Shown here one piece after another: positions 45,278-55,905 of a stretch of DNA of 64,000 bases. Origin of the DNA: a virus. Within the stretch, counting starts at the first letter, position 1. Each line of letters starts with the position of its first letter. The stretch covers positions 4,927 through 68,926 of IMG/VR virus record IMGVR_UViG_3300043427_001988. The stretch is one strand, 5' to 3'. The notes under the pieces are model-generated. The model did no database searches. It was not told the DNA's origin and saw nothing but the letters and a program-made list of their open reading frames with translations. Made by a program: the position numbers and the translations under genes.

Positions 45278-47115
45278 CGAATAAGAATAGTCCAGTTCGT
45301 ATTATTGACCAGAAGGGAACGCCCCTTGTAAAAAACCCCCCTGCAACTACTGCTAAATTCAATCCATACACAGGCTCACTTATTAAACAAGGTGAGGCCA
45401 AATCATATGGCGTTTGGCTACGTAGTACAGGGGGTGGATTAACCCGCACTATCCCTGTTACAATTTCAGCAACAGACACTAGACTAGTCTTTATTCGTAT
45501 CGCTATCCCAAACGTCGTTGTGCGGTTAGATAACCCTAATTACACTCTAGAAAAACTAAAGTTCTTCTTTACGTTCTCGCCTGAAGTTTTTAATCAATAT
45601 CTTGAATCACAGTACTTTCTTGGGAATGATGACAACCTAGATAAAATAGTTACACTTGATAGTACTTCAGTACTTTCTCTTAGAAATACAAGTGGTCAAG
45701 GTGCGTTAGAGATAAGTGCACACATCGCACGGTTATTCCGAAAATACACGCTAGCTGATTTAGTAATTTTAGTAGGAGCTGCTTCAACAACAGAGGGCTT
45801 AAGCTCAGATGACTTGTTGAGATTATTTAAAGCGAATGAATCTCGTCTTGTGCTACATTGTCAAGTAGGTTTTCAAGACCTTGTACCCCTTAAAGCCGGT
45901 AGAAAAGTACCCTATGTAAAACGAACAAATACAACAGTCCAATTTACTTTTAGTGATGAGCGTTTACAAGAGGATAGCTTAGGTGATATAAATTTTTCTG
46001 TAGAAGGCACCGAAAAAATAATTCAGTTTACAAAAAAGAATATCTCGCGTATTGAATACAGTGTTTATTCTATATCTTTTGGAGCGCGTGTAAAGGTACT
46101 TACAGGATTTATTGGCCCGCTACGTGCTGAACAAGACCAGTTTAAAGAAAGTATAAAGTACACACCGTCTATTACCGACTTTAGCTGGATTAATAATCTT
46201 GCTGGAAGCGAGCAGCAACTTGTGGAGTTTTTACATAGGTATAGTAGAAATCTACAATTGTCTATTGACCGCGTAGTAACTGCAAAAAATGTATCTTATA
46301 CAGGGACTACACTACGTGAGCGGTATGGCCTGGATGAATTCTACACCGCGGATACTACTCAAGAAAGTTTCGTAAAACCATCTATGCGTTATAGTATGAA
46401 ATATTCTTTTACAAAAGGTACTCGTACTTTTGTTGTTGACACTGGAGGACCTACTCAGGACGTTGTAGGTTTTGCTATTATATACACAGGTGCATCTTCT
46501 GACGGTGGTATAACATACCCTTCTTTTTCAAGAGTAATTCCTAAAAAAACACAGGCTATGTCTGACGAAACGCGGTACGTTATCGTTGATGGACTAACCT
46601 CTAAATTTTACCCTATCCCACAAGCAAACTTGAGGATTACAATCTATACACTATTAAGTAACGCGCACGTTGGTAGTGTGGTTGTGCAGTTTAACTCCCC
46701 GCCACGTATTCGTTTACAAAAACTGATACCAACTCAAACACAGAATGTGGGGTATTTTAATCAAACAATTAAATTGAGCACCGATAAAAACTCAATAGTA
46801 TTCAATGAGTTCGGTAAGAGGGGTAATGCTTTAGAGGCAATTACGGATTTTAATTTAGTTGTCCAGCGACTTGTTGGTACTAGATGGGTCACATTGACAA
46901 ATGGGATTATTCAATGTACAATGGAGTATAACCCTGATTATACTGGGGTACGCATTTTTAACGCACAGGGAAATCAGATTAGTAGTATCTCTATCGCTAG
47001 ATTAACTAGCGCGCGGGGAACTTATCGAGTACTTGCCGAGCCGAAAATTAATGCGGCGTATTCTCTATACTATGAATCAACCACAAGTCTTACCAGAATA
47101 CAATTTACTAGATAG
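45274..47115 (+). CDS. putative tail protein
   Basis: Coupled ORF in tail operon. Confidence 0.5.
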   Translation: MTNKNSPVRIIDQKGTPLVKNPPATTAKFNPYTGSLIKQGEAKSYGVWLRSTGGGLTRTIPVTISATDTRLVFIRIAIPNVVVRLDNPNYTLEKLKFFFTFSPEVFNQYLESQYFLGNDDNLDKIVTLDSTSVLSLRNTSGQGALEISAHIARLFRKYTLADLVILVGAASTTEGLSSDDLLRLFKANESRLVLHCQVGFQDLVPLKAGRKVPYVKRTNTTVQFTFSDERLQEDSLGDINFSVEGTEKIIQFTKKNISRIEYSVYSISFGARVKVLTGFIGPLRAEQDQFKESIKYTPSITDFSWINNLAGSEQQLVEFLHRYSRNLQLSIDRVVTAKNVSYTGTTLRERYGLDEFYTADTTQESFVKPSMRYSMKYSFTKGTRTFVVDTGGPTQDVVGFAIIYTGASSDGGITYPSFSRVIPKKTQAMSDETRYVIVDGLTSKFYPIPQANLRITIYTLLSNAHVGSVVVQFNSPPRIRLQKLIPTQTQNVGYFNQTIKLSTDKNSIVFNEFGKRGNALEAITDFNLVVQRLVGTRWVTLTNGIIQCTMEYNPDYTGVRIFNAQGNQISSISIARLTSARGTYRVLAEPKINAAYSLYYESTTSLTRIQFTR

Positions 47116-47123
47116 GAGATTTA

Positions 47124-49184
47124 ATGGAACCTGATGCTTTAAGCCCTGGCTCTAGTCCGTATTACGACTTCGTGTATAACAACGAATCCGATGTAGAACC
47201 TACATACTGGCCGTTGATTATATCGCAAATGCAGACAAAAAGAGCCGCGAACGAATTATACACGGATGACCCCTCTCAGTATATTACATACAGTGGGTCC
47301 TGGCAATCTCTTTTAGTGGCACGAGAAAAAGAGGGGCGTTATAGAAACTTTAGTATCCGAGCGTACTCTGGGGATTCTTTTAACTTTTATATCAGTATTC
47401 CTTCTGGCGAGCTATCTACGTATTATTCTGGTCCCGTTACCAGCTCGGGGGCATACTCGGTACTCACCGCTTATGACCTAGAAACTGACGCGCAGCAAAC
47501 TCCCGTAGTCTTTCAAGCTCCCGATGATAACATACGCGTTTATACACTACCCTCTATTCAAGCAGTTGACTGGGTACGGTTACATCATGAATCAGTAGTA
47601 AGCGGACAAGCCTATCGTATCTATCAATTTCTACCGCGCACACTTATTCAAGTAGACGACCTAGAAGCTGACGTAATCGACGCGGTGACTATTCGTGTAT
47701 CGGATAGTATTGTAGTAAGTGCTGATGATTTAGCCCCCGGAAGTATTACTGGTGAAAAAATTCTTGCGGGTACTATATCGGGAGTGTTAATAACCCCGGG
47801 CACTATTACCGCAAACGAAATTAACGTAACTCAGTTGGATGCTTTAGCGTCTAATATGGGTACTTTAACAGTCAACAGTGGTCTTACTTTGGGTCAAGAT
47901 GGATTTCTGTGGACTGGTTATAGTAAAAGCGGTGAGTATACACTCTCAAAAAAGGGAGTTAGAGTAGTAAATTCTTTTACTGTTGGTGCAGAGGCTTACT
48001 TCCCTGGTGGTGGTAGTGTTGTAAGCTTTGGTGACTTGGATGACGCTGCCAAAACAGTTGCCTATCCCCCTACTTATTTTACTACTCCTAGTGGTACACT
48101 TTCAAATCCTTTGTATACTCTTAGTCCTTATTCCGGTGAACTTAACTACTTTCAAATAGTTGCTAATCAGTTCGGTAAAATAAATCAATCACAGTCAGCG
48201 TTTAATGGATACAACGCCGATATTAGATTAGGATTCTCACCAGACATAGTTGATGACTTTAATAGTAATTATAGTTCTTTTAAAATAGGGGTGATAGCTT
48301 CTGGGTACTCTCTACTAAGCTTGTACAGTAGAGGTTACTATACAGGTTTAACCCCCGAGTCCTCTAGTATAAACTTAGAAAACGGCGAGACTTACATAAC
48401 CAGCACTCACAGAATACAATTAAACAGCCCGATAATACGCTCTGTTGATAGCTTTAAAGTCTCGAAAGATATTTCTCAGTCTTTCCCTTACATAGAAATG
48501 TACTCAGATGTGCTTTCTGTAGACAGTACAAACTTTGTCTACAGTAAACCAAGTGCCGGTTTAGGCTCGCCTGCGGTAGAGAGATTACGTATTACAGCCG
48601 AGGGTCAGGTGTCAATTAGCGGTGCTTTAACTGTTAGCGGTAACATTGTTGGTACGGGTGTACTTCAAGTATCTGATGGTTCTGTTTCAGCTCCTACACT
48701 TTCCTTTAGAAACGACACAGATACCGGATTCTACAAAGCAGAGGACAATGCTATAAGAATTGCTACAGGTGGTAACTTCACCGGACTGTTTGCTACAAAT
48801 CAAATTCAAATGGCATCAGGAACAGAAGCATTACCCTCCTATACATTTGTAAATGATAACGATACTGGTATGTTCCGGAGTGCGGCTAACGCTGTAGCTT
48901 TATCAGCAGGTGGTAATCAGATTCTCACTGCGGCCGCAGCTGGGCAAGTACTAATTTCCACAACTAACAGTAATGGTCAGCTAACTATTGAAGTACCAAA
49001 TGGAACTGCTCGAAACTTAACTACATGGAGACAGTTTAATGATGCAAGCGCGTATATTAATTTTGTCTCTAATACCATCACAGCGACTACACCCATACAA
49101 ACGTCGGCACTAGGAACTTACTACGGAAAGGCAAGAGTACAGGTAAACGGCACAGTTCGCTGGATTGCCTTGTACAATACTTAA
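47124..49184 (+). CDS. tail fibre/receptor-binding protein
   Basis: GSITGEKILAGTI repeats; duplicated G(S/T)..AP(T/S).(S/T)F.ND.DTG fibre motifs. Confidence 0.8.
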   Translation: MEPDALSPGSSPYYDFVYNNESDVEPTYWPLIISQMQTKRAANELYTDDPSQYITYSGSWQSLLVAREKEGRYRNFSIRAYSGDSFNFYISIPSGELSTYYSGPVTSSGAYSVLTAYDLETDAQQTPVVFQAPDDNIRVYTLPSIQAVDWVRLHHESVVSGQAYRIYQFLPRTLIQVDDLEADVIDAVTIRVSDSIVVSADDLAPGSITGEKILAGTISGVLITPGTITANEINVTQLDALASNMGTLTVNSGLTLGQDGFLWTGYSKSGEYTLSKKGVRVVNSFTVGAEAYFPGGGSVVSFGDLDDAAKTVAYPPTYFTTPSGTLSNPLYTLSPYSGELNYFQIVANQFGKINQSQSAFNGYNADIRLGFSPDIVDDFNSNYSSFKIGVIASGYSLLSLYSRGYYTGLTPESSSINLENGETYITSTHRIQLNSPIIRSVDSFKVSKDISQSFPYIEMYSDVLSVDSTNFVYSKPSAGLGSPAVERLRITAEGQVSISGALTVSGNIVGTGVLQVSDGSVSAPTLSFRNDTDTGFYKAEDNAIRIATGGNFTGLFATNQIQMASGTEALPSYTFVNDNDTGMFRSAANAVALSAGGNQILTAAAAGQVLISTTNSNGQLTIEVPNGTARNLTTWRQFNDASAYINFVSNTITATTPIQTSALGTYYGKARVQVNGTVRWIALYNT

Positions 49185-49193
49185 GGAGGACTT

Positions 49194-49472
49194 ATGGCTT
49201 TAGCTAAAACAAAATCTACTAATTTTGGTGTTGATACCACGTATCATAAGCTAGGTACAATTAATATCTCGTGGCACTTCAGGACTTGTTTTGTTGACGT
49301 TTTTAGTTACTTAAATCAAGATACGAGGGAGCAAGAAAAATCACCGCTATCTACTTCCTATCACGAGTTTACAGAAGATAACTTCACGTTTGATATTACT
49401 GGTAACATTAGCGAACAAGTTTACGAAAAATTAAAACGATTACCGGAGTGGCAAGATGCAACAGACTGCTAA
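49194..49472 (+). CDS. tail fibre-associated chaperone-like protein
   Basis: C-terminal YEKLKRLPEWQDATDC pattern. Confidence 0.65.
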   Translation: MALAKTKSTNFGVDTTYHKLGTINISWHFRTCFVDVFSYLNQDTREQEKSPLSTSYHEFTEDNFTFDITGNISEQVYEKLKRLPEWQDATDC

Positions 49473-49656
49473 TAATATGACAGTAGAACAAGCTCTCACT
49501 CTCTTACAACAGGCTACGAGTCAGTTTAAAGGTACGCTACAAGACCACCAGCTTATTCTACAAGCGTATCAAGTAATTATCGCGGCAATTAACGAGCCAA
49601 AAATTAATATCCAAGCAGAAGCGGTAGAGGTGGCCCAGGACTTGACAGGGAGATAA
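49456..49656 (+). CDS. hypothetical protein
   Basis: Small ORF after fibre genes. Confidence 0.6.
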   Translation: MQQTANNMTVEQALTLLQQATSQFKGTLQDHQLILQAYQVIIAAINEPKINIQAEAVEVAQDLTGR

Positions 49657-49670
49657 AAATCTGGTACAAT
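49642..49670 (+). promoter_or_regulatory. sigma70-type promoter
   Basis: TTGACA-17-TACAAT with extended TG. Confidence 0.8.
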
Positions 49671-49680
49671 CAGGAGAAGC

Positions 49681-50259
49681 ATGATTACAACACCCACAAA
49701 CATTGATTACATGATTGACCAAGTGCGCTTGCGTCTTGGTGATTTTGATGGCACGGTTTACTCAGACACGCTAGTACGCACTGCGTTAGTTTCGGCAATC
49801 AAGTACTTGCAAAAACGATGGAGAAGTAAGTACCAGGTAGTCACCTCGGGAACGTACACAGGGAACAATGAGCTAGCCCCAAGTGGATTTGCGCAAGCGA
49901 ATACTATTGACGGTATGGCCTACATTCCAGACGGACTCGTAAATAACGACGTATTCCGTAATCCGTACATTACGTTTAATTCTACACAACCACCAGTTAT
50001 TGAACAGAACGACGAGGACGCAATCGTACTGGCTACTGCGTACATTGTACATTTGGCTAAGCTTACAAATAGCTCAAGTACATTTGTATCCTGGTCTACT
50101 GAAGATATTCGCTACACAAACACAACCGCCGCAAATACTATGCGTGCAGTTTTAGAAACATTACAAACGGAGCTGAACACTGTATTCGCTACACGTATTG
50201 CACAACCAGTAGTGAGTCGTCAGCCTGTTAATATTATTACCGGAACGAAGGTATACTAA
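49681..50259 (+). CDS. probable head-tail connector/adaptor
   Basis: IDQVRLRLGD...YSD..V adaptor-like N-terminus. Confidence 0.55.
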   Translation: MITTPTNIDYMIDQVRLRLGDFDGTVYSDTLVRTALVSAIKYLQKRWRSKYQVVTSGTYTGNNELAPSGFAQANTIDGMAYIPDGLVNNDVFRNPYITFNSTQPPVIEQNDEDAIVLATAYIVHLAKLTNSSSTFVSWSTEDIRYTNTTAANTMRAVLETLQTELNTVFATRIAQPVVSRQPVNIITGTKVY

Positions 50260-50269
50260 AGGAGAAAGT

Positions 50270-51466
50270 ATGGCAAGGGAATTACCAAAGATGCTGTATG
50301 TTGGAGACTTTCCAGCACCTACAGGGTTCGGCATCGTATCGCGAAATTTGATTAAAACGTTTCGTAAGCACTACGATATGTACATCGTGGGAATTAATTA
50401 CTATGGTGATTATGACCCGTTGTGTGAGGGTTTAAAGGTCTATCCGGCTTCGGCGGGTACTGGTGATGTGTATGGCGGACCGAAACTTCAAGATTTATTG
50501 TTTACAATTAAACCAGACGTTGTGTTTGTTCTTAACGACGTTTGGATTGCGATGGACTATTCACGTATTATTACAATGTATCGAGAAAAGTTTCCAGACG
50601 CAAAAACTAAATTTATTCTTTACACTCCTATTGATGCAGAGAACATTAAGAAGATGTTTCTTGATGGAATTGTTCAATATGACCACGTAATTACGTACAC
50701 TGAATTTGGGCGAGACCAGATTAAGCACGCAATCTCCGCAGAAAAACTCCACGTTATTCCACATGGAGTTGACTTGAAGAACTTCCGCAAATTGGATAAA
50801 GCTAAACTACGGAAGACCATGGGAGTTGGTGTTGATGATTTTCTTGTACTTAATGTAAGTCGTAATCAACCACGCAAACGTCTTGACCTTTACTTCTACA
50901 TCTTTGCAGAATGGGTAAAACGGTACAATCTTCCGAAGACTGTTCGCGTCTATTATCACGGCGCGTTGCAGGATGTTGGTATTGATATTATTCAATGGTG
51001 TCAGTATCTTCAGATTGAAGACCGTCTGGCAATTACGTCAACCGACCTCACGCCGGATAAAGGTATCACTGATGAACAGATGAATATGGTGTACAATGCG
51101 GCGGATGTATTTCTCACAACCGCACAAGCAGAAGGCTGGGGTCTTCCAGTTGCAGAAGCGATGGCTGTAGGACTTCCGACAATTGTACCTCGCCACTCAG
51201 CTCTTGCAGAATGGCCTGAAGGGAACGCAATTGAAGTTGATTGCGTAAAGTTCCCTATTCTTACCGACCGTGGCTTGAATACAATTCACCATTTGATTGA
51301 TGTGGAGGCGGCTATCCAAGCGTTACAGTATCTCTACGAAAATGAGTCTGTGCGTAAGGTGTACAGTGAGCGTGCTGAGAAGCACATGAAAAATAAAAAG
51401 TTTGACTGGGAGCGCATTGGTTCGCAGTTCTTGGAGATTATGAAAAATGGAAAAGTCAGTGATTGA
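50270..51466 (+). CDS. glycosyltransferase family 4 (GT-B)
   Basis: PTGFG, VIPHGVD, RNQPRK, EGWGLPVAEAMAVG. Confidence 0.92.
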   Translation: MARELPKMLYVGDFPAPTGFGIVSRNLIKTFRKHYDMYIVGINYYGDYDPLCEGLKVYPASAGTGDVYGGPKLQDLLFTIKPDVVFVLNDVWIAMDYSRIITMYREKFPDAKTKFILYTPIDAENIKKMFLDGIVQYDHVITYTEFGRDQIKHAISAEKLHVIPHGVDLKNFRKLDKAKLRKTMGVGVDDFLVLNVSRNQPRKRLDLYFYIFAEWVKRYNLPKTVRVYYHGALQDVGIDIIQWCQYLQIEDRLAITSTDLTPDKGITDEQMNMVYNAADVFLTTAQAEGWGLPVAEAMAVGLPTIVPRHSALAEWPEGNAIEVDCVKFPILTDRGLNTIHHLIDVEAAIQALQYLYENESVRKVYSERAEKHMKNKKFDWERIGSQFLEIMKNGKVSD

Positions 51467-51608
51467 GGGGCTCGCGAAAAAATACGCGCGCAGACTCTTG
51501 ACAAAGTTGGAAGAACTTGGTATACTTAATCCTGTCGTGAGGAAATACGTTCTAGACGAGATGAATAATCTTGCCCGAGAGTTATCCAATACCGATAAGA
51601 CTAAATAA
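51447..51608 (+). CDS. 53-aa hypothetical protein
   Basis: MEKSVIEGLAKKYARRLL...; fills the gap; not in ORF track. Confidence 0.6.
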   Translation: MEKSVIEGLAKKYARRLLTKLEELGILNPVVRKYVLDEMNNLARELSNTDKTK

Positions 51609-51636
51609 AATCTTTTGAAGGAGAGTTGTGAACCGT

Positions 51637-52506
51637 ATGGGATTCGGAAGTATGCTTGATGTTGCGAAGAGTGCAGTGAAAGAGTCGATGGGTGATGGTG
51701 TTCGTATGCCGAATGCGTTTTTGGATGTGCGTGAGGGGAAGCGAACGTTCCGCTTTATCCCTGACCCAAAGAATCCTGGGGAGCCATTACAGGGCGAAAT
51801 CGTGTTGAGCGTGTGGATTCCTGTGATGAAGGATGGGAAACTCGTAGAGCGTCGTGTGTTTATTGATGAGCAGGGTCGTCGCTTGTTGAACGAAGCAGAC
51901 AAGGCGGCTGGACGTGATGGTGATACCGCGTGGGCTAGTAAGATTAAGCGTCGCTTCTTCCTGAATGTCTACGACCGCACTCGTGTTATCAAGTTGCCTG
52001 AGGGTACGATTGTGTACCCGAACTTGAAGAACGAGTACTGGCAGAAGAGTGCTGAAGGCAAGATGAATCAGATTGCTGGTACTCCACAACCAAACAACAC
52101 GGTAATGGTTTTGGAGGGCTCTGTCTCACTCCGCGCTGACCGTCGTGGTGGCTTGCTTAATGACCTGGACGACTTGTCGAAGATGATTTACGATGAGAGT
52201 GGTACCAAGTTGGTTCCAATTACTCATGTAGACATTGAGATGGTTACGAAAGGTACTGGCCTTGCAACCAGCCGGACCGTACACCCTGGAATGAACCGTG
52301 AGGCATTCCCTGCTGACCCAGCCACGTTGCCGGTGTACGACCTTAAGGCTTTCACGAAGGCATGGCCGATTGACGCAATTGGCTTGTTGTTGAACGGTAC
52401 TGAGTACACCGAGGTTGTGAAGAACTTCGGCTTGTCAATGGTACCGCAGATGACTCAAACTGATTCTAAGACGGCTGTTGCTGACTCGGATGACCTGCCA
52501 TTCTAG
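51637..52506 (+). CDS. single-stranded DNA-binding protein (gp32-like)
   Basis: RTFRFIP, RFFLNVYDR, KGTGL, acidic DSDDLPF tail. Confidence 0.75.
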   Translation: MGFGSMLDVAKSAVKESMGDGVRMPNAFLDVREGKRTFRFIPDPKNPGEPLQGEIVLSVWIPVMKDGKLVERRVFIDEQGRRLLNEADKAAGRDGDTAWASKIKRRFFLNVYDRTRVIKLPEGTIVYPNLKNEYWQKSAEGKMNQIAGTPQPNNTVMVLEGSVSLRADRRGGLLNDLDDLSKMIYDESGTKLVPITHVDIEMVTKGTGLATSRTVHPGMNREAFPADPATLPVYDLKAFTKAWPIDAIGLLLNGTEYTEVVKNFGLSMVPQMTQTDSKTAVADSDDLPF

Positions 52507-52520
52507 GATACAATGGAACA

Positions 52521-52556
52521 AGGGGCGTACTAATACTACGCCCCACTTATTTTTAT
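52521..52556 (+). terminator. intrinsic terminator
   Basis: GGGGCGTA...TACGCCCC followed by T-rich tail. Confidence 0.75.
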
Positions 52557-52568
52557 TAGAGGTGTGCT

Positions 52569-53444
52569 ATGAATTATAAAACAACCTGCCCACGCTGTGG
52601 CGGAAATGACTTCTACGTAACACCGCATAATGGGATGGGTTATTGTTTCCATTGTACGTACTTAGAGAAGAGTGGAGAATCTCGCGAGGTTACACAGTTA
52701 ACGTATTCTATCGAAGCGGTTCGTGGGGCGTATAAATATCTCGCCGACTACTACCACTCATCGCTTACAGAAACTGCACGCATTTATCTTAACAGCAGAG
52801 GATTTGATGACACAACAATCCAACGCCTTAAGTTAGGATATATTACCGAAGAGTGTCCGAAGATGTTTGATAAAGCCCTAGCGCGAGATACTGGGCTTTT
52901 TGTAGATGGTAAGTCTGTACTTGCTGGGCGTATCTCGTTTCCCTATCTGGTAAAGGACGCGGTTACGGATATTCGAGGACGGTCTCTTGATAAGACCCAT
53001 CCAGTTAAGTACAAGTCACCGCTTGGTTCTTCTGAGGTACGTGGCGCGATATTCCCCTACAACTTTGATGACGCACATACAACACACGTAGTGACTGAGG
53101 GTGAGATTAAGGCTGCAATCTCTAGCCAGGCTGGCGTTCCGGCAGTGGCACTGCCTGGAATTGTTTCATGGAGACCCCGATTACGGTGCGGAGAAAAGCA
53201 GGTTATTGTGTTTGACTCCACCACAAACCGTAGTACGCGCGAGATTACACTCCGTGCAATCGACTCGCTTGCAAGTAAGCTCGTAAATCCATATGTAGCT
53301 ATGCTTCCCCTACGCGGGAATGAGAAGATGGATATTGATACCTACATCCTAACTTACGGTGAATCTGAATACCGTTTGATTATACAAAATGCCCTACCGT
53401 ACAACGAGTGGGCTACACTACAAAGGAGACCAAATGTACACTGA
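52569..53444 (+). CDS. DNA primase (zinc ribbon plus TOPRIM)
   Basis: CPRC..CFHC, YLNSRG, RISFP, GR, KYKSP, TEGE, FDS, DID. Confidence 0.9.
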   Translation: MNYKTTCPRCGGNDFYVTPHNGMGYCFHCTYLEKSGESREVTQLTYSIEAVRGAYKYLADYYHSSLTETARIYLNSRGFDDTTIQRLKLGYITEECPKMFDKALARDTGLFVDGKSVLAGRISFPYLVKDAVTDIRGRSLDKTHPVKYKSPLGSSEVRGAIFPYNFDDAHTTHVVTEGEIKAAISSQAGVPAVALPGIVSWRPRLRCGEKQVIVFDSTTNRSTREITLRAIDSLASKLVNPYVAMLPLRGNEKMDIDTYILTYGESEYRLIIQNALPYNEWATLQRRPNVH

Positions 53445-54621
53445 CACAACAGCAGAATGGCGACTACTTTCTACACTGATGGACAGCCCTGCGATGCTCC
53501 ATAAACTCACAAGGGAGATTTTCACGGAGGAGCGTCAGGATATTTTAGAGGCCATGCGCGGTGCCTACATTAAGTACGGCGAGCTGACATACGAAAGTGT
53601 ACGCTTGGCTTTACACGGAAATATTCCGCCCCAACTTACTAGTGGAGTTGTGGCAAATCAACAAGCACTCGTAGACGAATTAGTACTTATTGCACGCCGT
53701 CGTCAATTATACCGTGCGGCGCAAAAGCTTGAGGAGCAGAGCCGTTTGTTTGTACCCGATGAGGTAGAGATTGAACGTAGTCTTACCTTTGAGCCACTCG
53801 CATCAACGGCTGATACAACCATTGTACCAGGTGCGCAAAAGATGCTTGGAGATTTGTTTCAAAAGACCAACGGACAGTATCAATTCCTACGCACTGGTCT
53901 AAAGTTTCTGGATTCTATGATGGGCGGTGAGTGGATGCCAAAGACGCTTACGGTAATCATGGCAAAGCCAGGGACTGGTAAGACTGCACTTGTGGGGCAG
54001 TCAATGATTGAGATGGCTCGTCAATACAACGTACCGTCTATGTTGATTAGTCTTGAGATGGCAAAAGAGCAGTTGGTACTTCGATGGGTATCGTATATGC
54101 TCGAGATTGATTCAAGCAACTTGCTTGTAGGGCGTATCACAAAGGACCAACGTGACCAGGTTGAAGAGGCTGTGCTTGAGTTACAGCAACTTCCCATCCA
54201 TGTCATTGATACACCAACACTCCGTCTTGACCAAATCAAGAAAGAGATTAAAGAGTTCGCACAGCGTGGTGGGCGTGTGGTTTTTCTGGACTATGTGCAG
54301 ATTGTGAACCACATGAACACTGGGATTAAAAACTATGACCTCGGTGAGGTTGCACAGGCATTAAAGGAAAGTGCGAAAGAAAACAACATCGCAGTTGTTG
54401 CGTTATCACAGATGAATAAAGGTGAAGGTCTTGACGCTATTCGAGACTCAGGAGAAATCGCACAAATTGCCGACACCGTTATTCAACTCTCGCCAATTGA
54501 CGAGTTTGCTGATGACCATGGTATCCGTGGTATCAGTATTGACTTTCACAAAAATCGTAATGGGAGACTTGGAAAGAGTTCCGTTGCTTTTAATGGAGCC
54601 TTCCAAAAGTTTATTTCATGA
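53434..54621 (+). CDS. dnaB: replicative DNA helicase, DnaB family
   Basis: AKPGTGKT, SLEM, DYVQ, LSQMN, DSGEI.Q.AD, KNRNG. Confidence 0.95.
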   Translation: MYTDTTAEWRLLSTLMDSPAMLHKLTREIFTEERQDILEAMRGAYIKYGELTYESVRLALHGNIPPQLTSGVVANQQALVDELVLIARRRQLYRAAQKLEEQSRLFVPDEVEIERSLTFEPLASTADTTIVPGAQKMLGDLFQKTNGQYQFLRTGLKFLDSMMGGEWMPKTLTVIMAKPGTGKTALVGQSMIEMARQYNVPSMLISLEMAKEQLVLRWVSYMLEIDSSNLLVGRITKDQRDQVEEAVLELQQLPIHVIDTPTLRLDQIKKEIKEFAQRGGRVVFLDYVQIVNHMNTGIKNYDLGEVAQALKESAKENNIAVVALSQMNKGEGLDAIRDSGEIAQIADTVIQLSPIDEFADDHGIRGISIDFHKNRNGRLGKSSVAFNGAFQKFIS

Positions 54622-55220
54622 CCGTTAACCGAATCGTAAAGCCTGTGCCAATCACAAGCAAAAGGAGATTTGCACAGTTGGAAAAGAACCGCAAAGAAAT
54701 TAATCGCCTGAATCGACAGCGAGCGAAAGCTATGGAAAAGCGAGTAGCTCGCTACCTGGATGGTACGCAAACACCACAGTCCGGGGCTGGCTCTGCAAAG
54801 GGAGATATTCTTATTGACTTTGTAAACCGCCCCGGAAAATACATGATTGAATGTAAGATGTCCTCAGAGACTACTGATGGAGAGGCTTCAATCACTGCAT
54901 ATAAACTGTGGTTTGATAAGATGTATAAAGATGCAAGGGCTATGCGTGCGCTGTTTCCTATTTTGGTAATTCACTACCACAATCGCCAAGGCGACTATGT
55001 AGTTGCGCCAAAGGAAGGGCTGCTTAAGTTAGGCATTACGTTTGATGAAGTTGGGGCATTCGTCAAAACATATAATACAACGGCAAAGTCGTTTAAAATC
55101 CATTCACGACATGCGGATACCACAAAGAAACCGCCCTACTATATTGTAATTATCATTAATGATGTGGTATACTATTGTATGACGTTAGAATACTTTAGGG
55201 ATATAATGAAGGAGATTTAG
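54618..55220 (+). CDS. Holliday junction resolvase-like PD-(D/E)XK nuclease
   Basis: EKRVA..L.G...PQSGAG..KGD...IECK. Confidence 0.8.
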   Translation: MTVNRIVKPVPITSKRRFAQLEKNRKEINRLNRQRAKAMEKRVARYLDGTQTPQSGAGSAKGDILIDFVNRPGKYMIECKMSSETTDGEASITAYKLWFDKMYKDARAMRALFPILVIHYHNRQGDYVVAPKEGLLKLGITFDEVGAFVKTYNTTAKSFKIHSRHADTTKKPPYYIVIIINDVVYYCMTLEYFRDIMKEI

Positions 55221-55221
55221 T

Positions 55222-55569
55222 ATGGACACTATGAACGAGAAGGTATTGCTTCCTGTGTGGTCGATTATTGAGCAAGAGCCTGGAGTAATTCGAGATGACT
55301 GGCCTGGAGATATTGATGCGGATGCGGCTATTCAGTCCGTAACGTTCTTTGACCGCTGGACATTTGAGGCTTACTATAGCAAAGACCAGACTTCTATTTA
55401 CATGCTTCAGTTTGATGACCAGCTGGATATGGAAGTGGTCTGTGTTGCAGAGTTTAACGATGCACGAATTAATAATCCAACAAATTTCAAGGCGTTTGCC
55501 ATGTATTATTTCTTGGAGTTCGTGAAGTCTGAGGGTATTACTAAGATTGTAGAACCGGAGCAGGAGTAA
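55222..55569 (+). CDS. hypothetical protein
   Basis: AAGGAG RBS, in operon. Confidence 0.7.
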   Translation: MDTMNEKVLLPVWSIIEQEPGVIRDDWPGDIDADAAIQSVTFFDRWTFEAYYSKDQTSIYMLQFDDQLDMEVVCVAEFNDARINNPTNFKAFAMYYFLEFVKSEGITKIVEPEQE

Positions 55570-55572
55570 ACA

Positions 55573-55905
55573 ATGCAAAAGTTACTGATTGATAACGGAT
55601 TGTTTGAATCATTACAAGGGAAGTCAGTATCTATTAGTATTAAACAGGGCGACGTTGTTTCGCATGTCCTCGGTCCGATTGTGTTTCTTGGTGTAGAAAA
55701 GCAGAAGCTTACCGGTATGAAGAATGCGCCTGAGAAGCGTACTGCAAACGACAAGTCCTATACCCCAGGTTGTTTCGCGTTGTTATTTGAAAATAACGCC
55801 CGCCTTGTATTCGTAGAAGAGGATACAAAAATCCTTGCACGGCATCAAGGTGTACGTCTAGTACTTGACAATACTACAGTAGATGTGGTAGAATATACAG
55901 TATGA
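55573..55905 (+). CDS. hypothetical protein
   Basis: AGGAG RBS, in operon. Confidence 0.7.
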   Translation: MQKLLIDNGLFESLQGKSVSISIKQGDVVSHVLGPIVFLGVEKQKLTGMKNAPEKRTANDKSYTPGCFALLFENNARLVFVEEDTKILARHQGVRLVLDNTTVDVVEYTV